Of a stretch of DNA of 64,000 bases, positions 39,800-52,804 are shown one piece after another (the first letter of the stretch is position 1; the number at the start of each line of letters is the position of its first letter). The notes below the pieces were generated by a model, which saw only the letters and a program-made list of their open reading frames with translations, was not told where the DNA came from and did not search any database. The position numbers and the translations under genes are program-made. Location: contig MU058636.1 of assembly GCA_013265495.1 (NCBI GenBank), forward strand, positions 4,871,741 through 4,935,740, written 5' to 3'. The stretch is from Vicugna vicugna (Eukaryota).

Positions 39800-41950
39800 A
39801 GTTAAAATCAGTCTGGAATATTTGCATTTGATTTTTTAACAGCCTTATGACCAAAAGGGCTCACCAAAGCAATCCATCCCCTTAAAATGAAAGAATTTTC
39901 CTCAAGTACAAATTCTCTCAATGGCCTCTGATGGTTCCTCGTGATTAGATTCAAGTTATGCATTCTCAGTTGAAACAACCACATAAGGGAAGTTGTGTCT
40001 TTCCTCGAGGTATTACATCCAGAGGCACAGGGTGTCTTCATTTTAAAGTGATATTAATCTTTATCACCGGATCAAGGTGTTGTCCATTTTCTCCACTGTT
40101 CGTTTTCCCCCTTGCAACTCATAAACAATCTGTGAAAAGATACTTTGAGACCAAGTAAATATCTTTCTCCTAATCAAACTCTACCTTAAAGTTTTGCGTC
40201 CATTGATAATTCTTACTGCAACTGATTTTTACAGTGAAATTTCCAAAGTATTGATTTTCCCCCCTAATTCTTTCAAGCCCTCCACATTTATTAGCCCTGA
40301 TGCTACTATCAAGAAAAACCCTCCTTATTTATTTACTATTAGTATGAATTTACGTGAACATTTTATTCAAGAAGTTATAATCCATTGTTTTTCTTACTTA
40401 TTTGCTTGTTTATTTATTAATAGTTTCTTATCTAATAGACTATTTTTAGGACAGTTTTTGAGAAAAATTGAGTAGAGAGTTCCTGTGTATCCCCCCACCC
40501 CACACAGTTTCCCCTGTTACTAACCTCTTACATTATTATGGTACATTCTTGTAATTAACCAATATTAATATGTTGATATTAACTAAAGCCTATAGTTTTC
40601 CAGATTTCCTTAATTTTTACCTAATGTCCTTTCTGTTTCAGGATCCCATCCATGATACAATATTACATGGAGTTGTCATTTCTCCTTAGGCTATTCTTCG
40701 CCGTGACATTTTCTCAGACTCTACTTGTTTTTGATGACCTTGGCAATTTTGACGAAAACCGGTCAGGTACCTTGTAGGATGCTCTTTTATTCGAATTTAT
40801 CTGATGCTTTTCCAGATTAAACTGGGGTTATAGGTTTTTGAGAGGAAAACCACAGAGAGAAGTGTCATTTCATTACATTATAGCAAGTATAACTTATCAT
40901 TGTTTATACTGAATTTGATAACCTGGCTAAAGTAGTGTTTGTCAGATTTCTCTACCACGAAGTTACTCTTCTTTCCCCTTTCCATACTGTACTCCTTGGA
41001 AGGAAGTCACTGTGCACAGCACACATTCTCAAATGCTGCCCCTTCATTGGAGTAAAATATTTATGTAATTTATTTGGAATTCTTCTGCATGGGAGATTTG
41101 TTTCTTCTCTCCCGTCCTTATTTGCTTTGATGCTCAAATTATCTGGAATTTGGTCAGCTTCGGGTTGACTCTTTTTGACCTGCACATTGAGTACTTCCTT
41201 ACTTTGTGGCACAGTAAGATTTTCTAGGCTCATCTTGTACATTCATTTTTCCTGCCCTGGAATCAAAAAATTCTCCAAAAGTCTTGGTTTCTTTTATTTT
41301 TTATTGGAGAATGATATTTAGAAGTTAAGACCTTGGCACTAAGGCTCTTTATTTAAATTGGGTTCTTATTGCTTTTAGGTTCTCTCAGTAGACAGAAGTA
41401 GGGGAGAGGGGAAATCGATTTTTTTCCCAAATAAGAAATCATAATTATTGATACTTAGGATTCCTATAAAATTCCACTGTTCTTTGTTGTCTTCCCCATT
41501 TCATACTTATATCTGCCTTTTTCAGCAGTGAGAATCTTGTTTCCTAACAGCACATTTACTTATTTGCCTAATACTGCATTGCACTTAAAATAGTTTCAGC
41601 ATTGCTACATTCACATAGTTACATAAATAAATCTACTAAAAACGGTTTAAGCCCGTATTTGTAGTTTTTCTTCCTTAGGCTGAGGGTTGAAAGTCAAAGT
41701 ACTACGTATAAAAATAACTTGGATTACTTCTCTTATCCCACCCTATCCAAGTTTGGTGGGTTTATATTGGTCATTTGAAATACACTTGAATTCATTTGTT
41801 TCTATTTCTGGTTAATTTTTCCTTCCATTATTGATGATTTCATTTTACTTTTGGAATATGTAGAATAATATGCTTCCAAAAGTCAAAACCATACAGAAAG
41901 TTATATTCAGAGAAATATCACTGTCTCCCTGTCTCTGAACCCTTTTTCCT
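39800..41950 (-). mobile_element. Cluster of nested old L1 (L1MC/L1ME) 3' fragments
   Basis: aaaattgagtagagagttcc...cagtttcccctgttactaac, ttcaggatcccatccatgatac, gataacctggctaaagtagtgtttgtcagatttctc. Confidence 0.65.
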
Positions 41951-41984
41951 ATCTCTTTTTATATGTATATGTATGTTATGGAGG

Positions 41985-42843
41985 GGGCTTGTTTCCTTAA
42001 ACTTCACAAACCAACCTGTGCTAGCTTCCAACTTTTATTTTACAGCTTCCTCACCTCTCTCAGCCCTCAGAATTTAAGAGTTAGGGCATTTTTCTGGCAT
42101 ATGCTTTGGCTTAAGGGAATGCTGTGGCTGGTTTGATCTTCTATCTAGATCACTAAAACTTTATCCATATATCCATATGGTGATATCCATAATATCACCC
42201 ATCCTAAAGGTGTTTTGCTTTCTTATCATTCATGTCTTTACTGGAGTAGCACTTTTACTTTCCTTCTGTAACTTTTCCTTTGCAATCACAAATTGGCTAA
42301 TGGTTATAAGAAACCTAGCTTTTGGTCTACCCCAGCTTTCAACATGCTTTCTTCACTAAGCTTAATCATTTCTAGCTTTTTATTTAAAGTGGCTGGTGTG
42401 CAACTCTTCCTTTCACTTGAACAGTTAGAGGCCATTGTCGGGTCACTAACTGGCCTGATTTCAATATTACTGTGTCTCAGGGAATACGAAGGCCCCAGGA
42501 GAGGGGGGAGAAGAGGGAGGAGCTGGTTCGTGGAGCAGTCAAAACAAACACAACATTTATTGATTAAGTTTGCCATCTTATATGGGTGCAGTTCATGGGT
42601 GCCCTGAAACAATGTCAATAGTAACATCAAGGATTACTGATCACAGATCATCATAACAAACATGATAGTGAAAAAGTTTGAATTATTGTGAGAATAACCA
42701 AAATATGACACAGAGACACAAAGTAAGCAAATGCTGTTGGGAAAATGGCACCAATAAACTTGCCCGGTGCAGGGTTGCCACAAATGTTCAATTTGTAAAA
42801 AATACGGTATCCACATCAAGTGCAATAAAACGAGATGTGCCTG
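41985..42843 (-). mobile_element. Tigger1 DNA transposon, 5' portion with degenerate transposase start
   Basis: TIR CAGGCACATCTCGTTTTATTGC starts at 42843 next to TA. The ORF-track peptide MASNCSSERKSCTPATLNKKLEMIKLSEE resembles the Tigger1/TIGD1 N-terminus. Confidence 0.9.
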
Positions 42844-45189
42844 TATCGTATATATTCATGTTGGAAAGCATCCATCCTTTCCTATTTTCTCTGGAGTTTT
42901 TATTAGCAGTGAGTGTTGAATTTTGTTAAAGTGTTTTTCAGCAACTAGACATATTAATATGGGGAATTATCTTAATATTTCCTAATATTGAACCATGCTT
43001 TCAAATTTGTTATAAATCTCAAGTGGTCATAACACATTGTTTTCTTAAGGTAGTACTGGAGATTGTTCACTATATTTCACTTAGGATTTTTTCATTTATA
43101 AGTGATGTTGGTTTGTAATTTTTTTGTCATATCTTAATCAGGTTTTTGTGTCACTGAAGCAGAAATTAGAAGCAAAATAGATGAGGGAGTCCCACTTTCC
43201 CAGTCTCCTCCAATCTTCCTTCTCTAAATATACCTAACAAGCCATATTTTGCTCACCTCACATTTTTTGTTCATTCAAGTCTTTTACTTTCCCATTAATA
43301 TTTTTATGAGTCAGGACTACCCTTGGCGTGCACCATCTTTGAACTTCTGTATATAGTAATAAAAAAAATTCAGCCCACTAGAATGTTTCCTGTGTTATAC
43401 ATTGGTTACTTTTAGGGTCCTCCTGTTTTCTTCACTTTTGAAATTATTCATGTTTGCAAAAGGAGAATTTACCAACACTTTGAAGCCATCTTTTCTTTTT
43501 GTCACATATACAGTTCTTACTGTGTTTAGCCTTTCCACCTTGGTTGTTACAAACTCAAAATTGATAGGATCATTTTCTCCTGGTTTCTCAACATTTTCTG
43601 GTGATACTCACACTGGTTCTCTTGGCTCTACCTTTATAGTTAGGCCCATGCCTTAAATCTGTCATTTCTTCCAGCCCCTGTTCCATCCTCATAGATGGAT
43701 CTTAGGAATGGACCCATGCCAAATTAGTCGTTCATAATTACTGAGTTCCTTTTTGCCCAAAGTAGCCACCAATGTCTAGAGATAGAGGAGGGTTATGTAT
43801 GGCTCCTTGCTATAACTTTGCTACCAGGTTTTAAAGAAAGCAAATCCCAGACTAAACTCTGCCACGTATACAGACATTTATTAGCAAAGTGTCACAAAAC
43901 AAAGTAACGACACTTTTATGATGAAGTCCCAATTTTGTCCTTTAAATGTGCTAAACAATTTGCATGATGAGTTAATTGGAACCAACAATAGAGGTGAATT
44001 CAGTTACTTTATAGATTACTGTAGTAGGAATTTTCCAAATTAGTAGCTGAACACAAACTTTTTCAGAATAAAGCTTCATACCAGCTCAAAGGATGCCCTG
44101 TTATTATAAGGGTGAGGATTGTTTCTATATTTCAACACGCCTATCTCTCTATATATTTACATGTACATCTTGAACACTGCTAAACGCATCAATAAAAATT
44201 TGTTTCTAGTATCAAGTATGCTAATTAACAAGACTAGCATTGATCACAGGTGAATAGAGCTAAAGTGGATATAGTAGTCATCTATGGAATGTTAACCCTA
44301 TTATTAAATATTAGTTAACCATCTCTAAAATATATATATTCCTGAGTAGGGTACACACTAACCCTTATAATGTTGACTTAAACTAATACACACACAATGA
44401 TATCACATTGTTTATGCTGAACTATTTGAAAATAAACTATAGACAATTCACAACAGGTCTTAAGCCAAACCCCAGTTCATTTATCTTGCCTGACTTGTGT
44501 TGCCCACCCACCCCCAAAATGATACTAGGAGGCATTTTGTAAATAAGAAAACAATGTATTTCCTTATGGTGCTAAGTGCACTTGTTCCTGAAAATGACAG
44601 TGTGAGTAAATCCTAAACAGAAAAGTTTTTCCCTAGCAGGGGTAACAGCAGGGAAGGTAGTAAAGATACAGGTGTAATGAGGCCAAGGCAGGGGCCATCC
44701 AGTTTCTCCAGCTGGTCCAGGCCTTAGTCTGCCTGCCATTACATCTTCTAACAAGTACATTCTCTGGTGATGTTCATTATTGCCCCCACTCATCTTTCTG
44801 TCAGTCTTCACAGAAAAACCAAAACTAAGAATGGATGTGGCATACCAGACTTCACACAAATAAAATGATACCCAAAAATGGAAGAAGTAAGCAATTCTCT
44901 TCACTGAACCCTAAAGAAGCTTTTCTTAAAATAAAACTGTTTTGCTACAAAGCCATATGATTTTTATCCTATTTGTAAAGAAAATCTGCATTTGGTAATT
45001 TTTATATCTAGAAAAGGAAATTTCAGGGGTTTGGGTGAAAGAATTTATGAAGTAAAATACTGTATAGTTTTATTTCATGGAATGTAATTGATTCCCACAA
45101 TTTATTTTTTTAGCAATACTTTTTTTTTGAGTTATCAAAGCACTTCCTGTAGAAAGCTACTTTGGGGGACTTCTTTCTTTATAAAAAAA

Positions 45190-45319
45190 TTTTTTTGTGG
45201 GGGATGTTATTAGGTTTACTTATTTATTTATTTATTTTTATAGGAGGTACTGGGGATTAAACCCAGGACCTTGTGCATGCTAAGCATGTACTCTAGTGCT
45301 TGAGCTATATCCTCTCTCC
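45190..45319 (-). mobile_element. tRNA-derived SINE (camelid Vic-1-like), second copy
   Basis: Minus strand reads GGATATAGCTCA...GCATGCACAAGGTCCTGGGTTTAATCCCCAGTACCTCC plus (TAAA)n and an A tail. Homologous to 30985-31109. Confidence 0.85.
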
Positions 45320-47344
45320 ACCCCTACAAATTTTTATTAATTCTATGCATGATGCCTTTTATGCTTCTAATCAGGAATTACTGAAATATGTATGTTAAAA
45401 CATCCAAATTGTATACTTTAAATATGTGTAGTTTACTGGATGGTTTATTAACTCTATTTAGTCAATCTTATCAGCTTTATATCTTCCCAGAAATTTCTCG
45501 AAATGTCTGGTTCTTTTGTGGAATCCTTCCTGACTTTTATTTTAAACTGGAAGATAAACCCTGGTTTTTACATTCCACTAAGCCATAGATAGTCCAATAC
45601 AGGATTCTCTCTGGAAACTAAAATCCTCACCCAAAGTGTTTAAACTAATTTGTGGAAGATGAAAAATAGACAATCATTTATAATAAAGGCATGTATGTAA
45701 TTAAAAACTTAGAAAGTGCTAGGCTCCTAGCACTCTCTTTTATCCAGCATCTTTCTGCTCTCATTTGACTCCTGCATCGATATTTACCTTATTTCTGTGC
45801 TGCCTCAATGTTTTTCCTTGGCAAGATGCTGCTGGTGCTTCTGATGCAGTTCATTCTAGGGTTCTTGCACTCGTTTACTTTCTTGTAACATTCTGGTGCT
45901 GTGACTATCATCTTCTCCTGAACAAGCATTGTCTTTATTTGGTAGGGCCAAGGGGAAGAGATGTAGAGTTGTAACATTACATATTATTGGTGTCATGCCT
46001 TAGACCTGAAGACAAGGAGATTCCCTCTTGCTGTTGGCATTGAGGTTGTCTATGCTAAATTAACAGGCTGTTCCAGTTTCAGAAACCTCACTCTTGTTAC
46101 CAATTGATTTTGATTTCCTCAGGTTGGCTAGGTCTCTAAAAATGATCCACATGGAACTTTATAAGAACATTTTCTGAAGGTTCTCAGTGATAACATGGAG
46201 GGTATACCTCAAATGGCATTTCAACGTTAAATGCTCACACATTCCATCCAATGATCTCTTGGATATCTCCATCCAACCATCCAACTGTACAACTCTATTT
46301 TTTGTTTGTGGGATGGTAGTTGGTTGTAGACTGAATAACAAAACATCACAACCATGGCAACGGCACCACGGGTATGTGCATGTAAGTGAGGAGAATTGTG
46401 AATAAATGCTATGCATCCCAAATAAAATTAACACAAGGCAGGATGGCGTGGGAGGGGAGGATTATTTTCAATTTTAGATATGCTTAGTTTGAAGGAGTGG
46501 ATTCTTCTAAAGGAGATTCCTAGTAGGCAGTTGGGAATGTATGACTTAAGTTCAGGAAAGAAGGCAGGAGGAGATAACTTGTTTGTCAGCTGCCTAGTGC
46601 CTAATGATCAGTAAAGCTGTAATTGAATGAGATGCTCCAGGGGAAAAATATAAAATGAGAAAAACAAGAAACTCAAACCAAGTCTTGACATTAAGAAGAA
46701 AAGATTAGGTGTATATCAACTATACTTCAATTTAAAAAAATTAAAGGAAAAAATGTAGAGTTAGCAAAAGAAAAGAAAAATTTAGAAACAAATTAATGTC
46801 CATCAATTGAGGACTTACTACACTTATTGGAATATTATGTAGCAGAAAAAAGAATAAGGAAGTTCTTTCTGTATTGACATAGAATAGTCTTTGAGTTATG
46901 TTGTTATTTTAGAACTGCACAGTACAAGGAATAGAGGACACACATAGTGAAGTGCCCCAGAAGGGGGCTTTAGGGAAGGGGACAGTGGCAGTTGACACTG
47001 TTGTTGAGAGTGAGGAATGCCATAGAACAAGCAAGGGGCAGATGGAGAAAGAGTCTTGGTGAAGAGGTGAGGGCTGAAAAAGAGAGAAGCCATGCTCCTC
47101 AGGACATTGTCTGAAAGAGAGAAGACCTGTTTATTTATGGAGGGAAAATAGTCCGTGGGCAGTGTCTTTTGCCTGGTTGTGAAGAATCTGGTAAACCTAG
47201 CAGTTTAATGTGCTTTAGTTCAAATATATGTCTATGGATATTTTTAGTACTATGGCAATAAATAATAATTTATTTCAAAAGCCTCAGCTTTTGTACAGTA
47301 ATCTACATTCACAAATGATGGGTTCTCAACCCAGAGAGCTTAAA

Positions 47345-47572
47345 AGTAGCTAACATAGTACTTACTCTGTGCCAGACACTATTCTAAATACATTACATAA
47401 CTGACTCATTGAATTTCCTGAACAATCCTATGAAGTAGTGCTATTGTCATCCCTATTTTACAAACCAAAAAACTGAGACTCTGAAGGGTTTCATAACTGT
47501 TACTTGCTCAAGGTCATAGAGCTAATAAGAGCCAGAGCCAGATACTTAAGCATAACTATGTTGGCTCTAAAC
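47345..47572 (-). mobile_element. MIR SINE
   Basis: tagctaacatagtacttactctgtgccagacactattctaa...cctattttacaaaccaaaaaactgagactc...cttgctcaaggtcatagagcta. Confidence 0.8.
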
Positions 47573-47765
47573 TTATAGGAGAAGTGTATCTTGCAGAGAA
47601 TATGTGATAAATTTAACTTAAGGAGGATTTGAATGTGTTCACGTAAAAATTATAAAATTTTTGTTTGATCACCATAAAAAATGCCATAAAATGTAATTGA
47701 ACATGTAAAAAATGTACATAATATATATTCACTGTAACAAGTGAAAAGTACACAGGTGTACGTGT

Positions 47766-48078
47766 ATATCACTTACATGTGGAATCTAAAAAATATGACA
47801 CAAATGAACTTATTTACAAAACAGAAAAAAACTCACAAACACAGAAAACAAACTTATGGTTACTAAAGGGGAAAGGGGGTGGGGGAGGGATAAATTAGGA
47901 GTTTGGGATTAGCAAATACAAACTACTATATATAATATAGATAAACAACAAGGTCCTACTGTATAGCACAGGGGACTATATTCAGTATCTTTTAATAAAT
48001 CATAATGGAAAAGAATATATATATTAATAGTATAACATACAACAGTGTAAATCAAGTATACTTCAATTAAACAAACAA
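47766..48078 (+). mobile_element. Cetartiodactyl-type L1 3' end
   Basis: tcacttacatgtggaatctaaaaa...aaacttatggttactaaaggggaa...caaggtcctactgtatagcacaggg...tatacttcaattaaa. Confidence 0.85.
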
Positions 48079-49347
48079 ATACTTGAAAAAAATACAGAGA
48101 TACATAACGAAAATGCTAATCATCTATCCTCCAGCCCTCACTTTGCCCAAATCCTCTGAGGTAACCAATGTTAATATCACAGAATATCTCCTTTCACAAC
48201 ATTCTCCCTGTTTGTCCAAATATATACACACATTTATGGGGTTTCCCCCTTGCTGCTGCTTTTCTTTCTGCCCCTTCTTTTCACAGAATGGAATCATCCT
48301 CTACACATGTTCTTGCAGCTTGCTTTTTTCCAGTCCTTTGCTGGGAAACATTTCACTTTGGAATCATCCTCAGTTACTCTGGGGAAATTCCTTCTTCTGA
48401 TACCTGTGTTGGGCAAAAGAGCCTTTGGGGAAAAATGAGCCCTGCCCACCTACAGCCTAGATCTGTAAGTGGAAATAGGACAGGACTGAGCTAATCTGTG
48501 GCGATTGCAGAAGGGACACTGTAACTACACACACCAAGGGACATCACTGTGACACTGTGTAAATGAAACCTATAGAGTGGTCCCTTTGTTAATTCTGTTT
48601 TCCTTATAATTATTACCAGGAAAATCCCTGAAACAAAGTCACTTTTGTATTTATCTGATAAGGAGAGGGAGCTGGGGAGTCTCCCTTACTAATGCCAAGG
48701 GATAGAATGGGTCAGTTCACACTGACTGATACCCTTTCCCTGGTAGAGCCCAAAGGGAGCCTGGGACAGACCTGTGACAGCCAAACGATCAAAGATTTAA
48801 CTGCAAAATACTCATGGGCAGGACTTCATAACACTGTACAAAGCAAAAACTCAAACGAATTGATGTATGAATTAAGATATTCACTGATGTCATTATCTCT
48901 AGTTTTGTTTTTATAAAATTACATTAATACTGGTATGTATGGATGTTGATTTACACCACTGGTAAGGTAAAAATTGGAACAATTTTTCTGGAGAGCAGTT
49001 TGGCAATATGTGCCAAAATTTTAAAGTCTGGACACTTAAAAACACATTATTCTAGAATATTTTATATATATACAAAAGTGGACAGAAGAGTGTAATGAAC
49101 TGTCTTGTGTCCATCATCCAGCTTCAACAATTTTCAGCTTGGGGTCAGTCTTGTTTCATACATACTCCATCCATTTTTTCTCCCTTCTGTATTATGTTGA
49201 AACTAATTCTAAATATCATTATTTATTTTTTTCTAAAAAATCATTTTATGTCATTGTTATTTATTTGCATTTATATTTTAACTTTATATTGATGCATAAT
49301 ATATATACACAGTGCTATTTATCTAATTTTTTCTTTTTTTAAATCCA

Positions 49348-49393
49348 TGTGTGTCATCCTTGTACAAGGGCCATGCCAATCTTCTCTGTATCT

Positions 49394-49429
<36 letters not shown>
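49348..49429 (-). pseudogene. RNU6: U6 snRNA retropseudogene, 3'-truncated (about nt 1-82)
   Basis: Minus strand reads GTGCTTGCTTCGGCAGCACATATACTAAAATTGGAAAGATACAGAGAAGATTGGCATGGCCCTTGTACAAGGATGACACAC. It is followed by an A-rich tail and lacks the U6 3' end. Confidence 0.93.
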
Positions 49430-49590
49430 TTTTTTCATTTATTTGTTTTTAAATTGACGTATGGTCGACTTACAATGTTGTGTGTTAGTTTCTGTTAGAA
49501 TCACCAAGTTAGTACAGCTTGGTGATTCAGTTATATATGTATATATATATATTCCTTTTCATAGTCTTTATCATTATAGGCTATTATAAA
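49430..49590 (-). mobile_element. Short cetartiodactyl-type L1 3' end abutting the U6 copy
   Basis: ttttaaattgacgtatggtcgacttacaatgttgtg...gtgattcagttatatatg...cattataggctatta is antisense to the same L1 3' end family seen at 47766-48078. Confidence 0.75.
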
Positions 49591-49599
49591 TTTTTTAAT

Positions 49600-50575
49600 A
49601 AAGATTATTTTTAGAGACATTTTAGGTTTAGAGCAAAATTCAGAGGAGTTGTAGAGACTTCCCATGTAATCCTTGCCCCTACACATGCATTGCTTCCCCC
49701 ATTGTCATTATCCCCTACCAGAGTGATATAATTATTACAATTGATAAGCCCACATTGACATATCAAAACCTGTAGTTTGCATTAGAGTTCATTCTTGGTG
49801 TTGTACACTCTATGGATATACTGACATATATCCATCCTTACGGTATAATACAGAGTATTTTTCACAGCCCTAAAAATCCTCTGTGCTCCACCTATTTCTC
49901 CTCACTAACCACCCCAACCACTGATCTTTTTACTGTCACCATACTTTTGCCTTGTCCAGAATGTCATATAATTGGAATCATACAGTATGTAGCATTTTCA
50001 GATTGGCTACTTTCATTTAGTAGTATGCATTTAAGTTTCCACCATGTTTTTCATGACTTGATAGATGATTTCTTTTTGGCACCAAATAATAATCTGTTAT
50101 CTGGATGTATCACAGTTTATTTATCCATTTACTTACTGATGAACATCTTGATTGCTTCCTGGTTTTGGCAATTATGAATAAGGCTGCTATAAACATTATG
50201 TTCAGGTTTTTATATGGACCTCAGTTTTCAACTCCCTTGGGTAAATACCAAGGAGCAATGTGATTGCTAGATCACATGGTAAGAATGTTTAGTTTTGTAA
50301 GAAACTGCCAAACTGTCTTACAAAGTGGCCATACCATTTTTGCATCCCCACCAGCAATGAATGAGAGTTCCTGTTGCTCCACAATGTTTTCAGCATTTGG
50401 TGTTGTAAGTGTTTCGGATTTTGACCATTGTAATAGATGTGTAGTGGTATCTCACTGTTATTTTAATTTGCATTTCCTTGATGACATAAGGGGTAGAGTA
50501 TTTTTTCATATGCTTATTTGCCATATCTTCTTTGGTAGGCTGTCTGTTAAGGTCTTTGGCCTATTTTTAAATCTA
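49600..50575 (-). mobile_element. L1 3' fragment (L1MC/L1MB-type)
   Basis: gaataaggctgctataaacatt...gtaagaaactgccaaactgt...cccaccagcaatgaatgagagttcctgttgctcca. Confidence 0.85.
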
Positions 50576-50889
50576 GTGCTATTCATCAAATTTTTACAAA
50601 CCAGACACACTAATACCTGACCAAGAAACAGAATACTTCATATCAGTAAATTTGTTTTAGCATAACCGTTATACTATTATTTTATTACATCTAAAAATTA
50701 AGCAATGATATCATTAAATATCTAGTATTCTAATTTCCAAATTTCTCATAAATGTAATTATTTTTTACAGTTTATTTTCTTGAATCAGGATCCAAGTAGG
50801 TCCACCTATTGCAACTGGCTGATCAGTTAACCCCTTTTAGTGTTTAGATTCCCTTTCCATCTCTCATTTATTCCCCCTTGGAATTTATT

Positions 50890-52070
50890 TTTTCAGTTTT
50901 TATTTTTATTGAGGTATAAGTGTCATATAGCATTATATTAGTTTCTGGTGTTCAACATAATGATTCCATGTTTGTATTTATTGTAAAATGATCACCATAA
51001 TAAGTTCAGTTAACATCTGTCACCATACATAGTTACAGAATTTTTTTTCTTATGATGAAAACTTTTAAGATTTACTCTCAGCAACTTTCAAATATGCAGT
51101 ACAGTATCATCAACTATACATTAAATCCTCATGACTTATTTTGTAACTGGAAGTTTATATGCTTGGCCCCTTTACCATTTCACCCAGCTCCCACCTCTGG
51201 CAACCACCAATCTGTTCTTCGTGTCTATGAGCTTGTTTTGTTTTGGTTTAGATTTCATGTATAAGTGAGGTCATATGGTATTTGTCTTTTTCTCTCTGGC
51301 TTATTTTTCTTAGCATAATTCTGTCAGGGTTCATGCATGTTGTTGCAATTGGCAAGATTTCATTCTTTTTATGACTGAATAATATTTCATTGTATATGTA
51401 TGAACCACATCTTGTTTACCCATTTATCTACTGATGGACACTGAGGTTGCTTCCATATCTTGGCTGTTGTAAATAATGCTGCAATGAACATGGGGGTGCA
51501 TACATCTTTTTGAGTTAGTGTTTTAGTTTTCTTCAGATAAATACCCAGGAATGGAATTGCTGAACCATATGATGGTTCTATTTTTAATTTTTTGAGGGAC
51601 CTCCATATTTTTTTCCATAGTGGCTGTACCAATTTACATTCCCACCAGCAGTGCACAAGGGTTCCCTTTTCTCCACATCCTTGCCAACACATTATTTCTT
51701 ATATTTTTGATATCCATTCTAACAGATGTGAGGTGTTATCTCATCATGTTTTTGATTTGAATTTACTTGATGATTAGGGATGTTGAGCATCTTTTCACAT
51801 ACCTGTTGCCTATCTGTATGTTTTCTTTGGAAAAATGTCTATTCAGGTCCCCTGTTTATTTTTAAATCAGATTGTTATTTTGCTACTGAGTTATATGAGT
51901 TGTTATATTTTTCAGATACTAATTCCTTATCAGATGCATGATTTGCAAACATTTTGTCTCATTCAGTAGGTTGCCTTTTCATTTTGTTAATGAATCCCTT
52001 TGCTGTGCAGAAGCTTTTTGGTTTGTTGTAGTCCCACTTGTTTATTTTTGCTTTTGTTTCCTTTGGTTCT
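50890..52070 (-). mobile_element. L1 3' fragment (L1MA-type) with ORF2 C-terminus
   Basis: ORF 51387-51692 [26 protein letters not shown]...PMFIAALFT is the L1 ORF2 CCHC/C-terminal region. The 3'UTR and T-rich tail lie to its left. Confidence 0.92.
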
Positions 52071-52804
52071 GATGTTGACTCTTAGAATTTATTTAAGAAA
52101 CCAGGACATGTCCTCCATATTTCTTATATATTGGTACTTGCTTCTAGAGGCTTGATCAGATTCAGGTTAGATTATTTCGGCAATGTTACTGCATAGGTGC
52201 TGCTATGTTCTTCCATCAGGGAGCATCTAATATTCAGTTGTCCCTCTGTGTAATGTTAGCAAGTATTTGTGTTCAATGTCTGGATCTATTATTTTCATTA
52301 GGGTTTAAAAAATGATGATATTCTAGTTGTATCATTCTCTCTTCATTTATCAGCTGGACTACTTCTGTTCACAGAAAACTATTTGATTATTCCTTGGCAG
52401 GATAAATGATGGATTATTTCTCCTTATTTGCCAGGTTTCAAAATAATGAGTTAGTTCATTAGCAATCTCCAACAGTGACTTAGGGTTTTTTCTTAAAAAA
52501 TTTATTATGAACTGATGGATTTAAACATATTTTATGTAGTGATTCATTATTGGACAGTTCAACAATAGAGGTTCATTAAGTAAATTATGATATAACTACA
52601 GAATGAAATAGTAGTATATAGTCACTATAAATATAAGTGTGTATTTATTCACTTGAAAGTTATTCATGATATTTTATTTAAACATCATTTTTAATATTAA
52701 ATACATAATCTTGGTACCAAAGAGATTATAGTAAAAAACTTCTCTGCCACTGTTGTTCCTAAGCCACACCTCCTAGGAGTCCCCTAAGTTTGTGTATCCT
52801 TGTT

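Noticed and set aside
42304..42630. TIGD1-like domesticated transposase gene
   Set aside because: The frame stops after about 43 codons of transposase similarity, and the element is truncated and interrupted.
49348..49429. Functional U6 snRNA gene
   Set aside because: It is 3'-truncated, carries several substitutions, is A-tailed, and its upstream sequence is an L1 tail rather than a PSE/TATA promoter.
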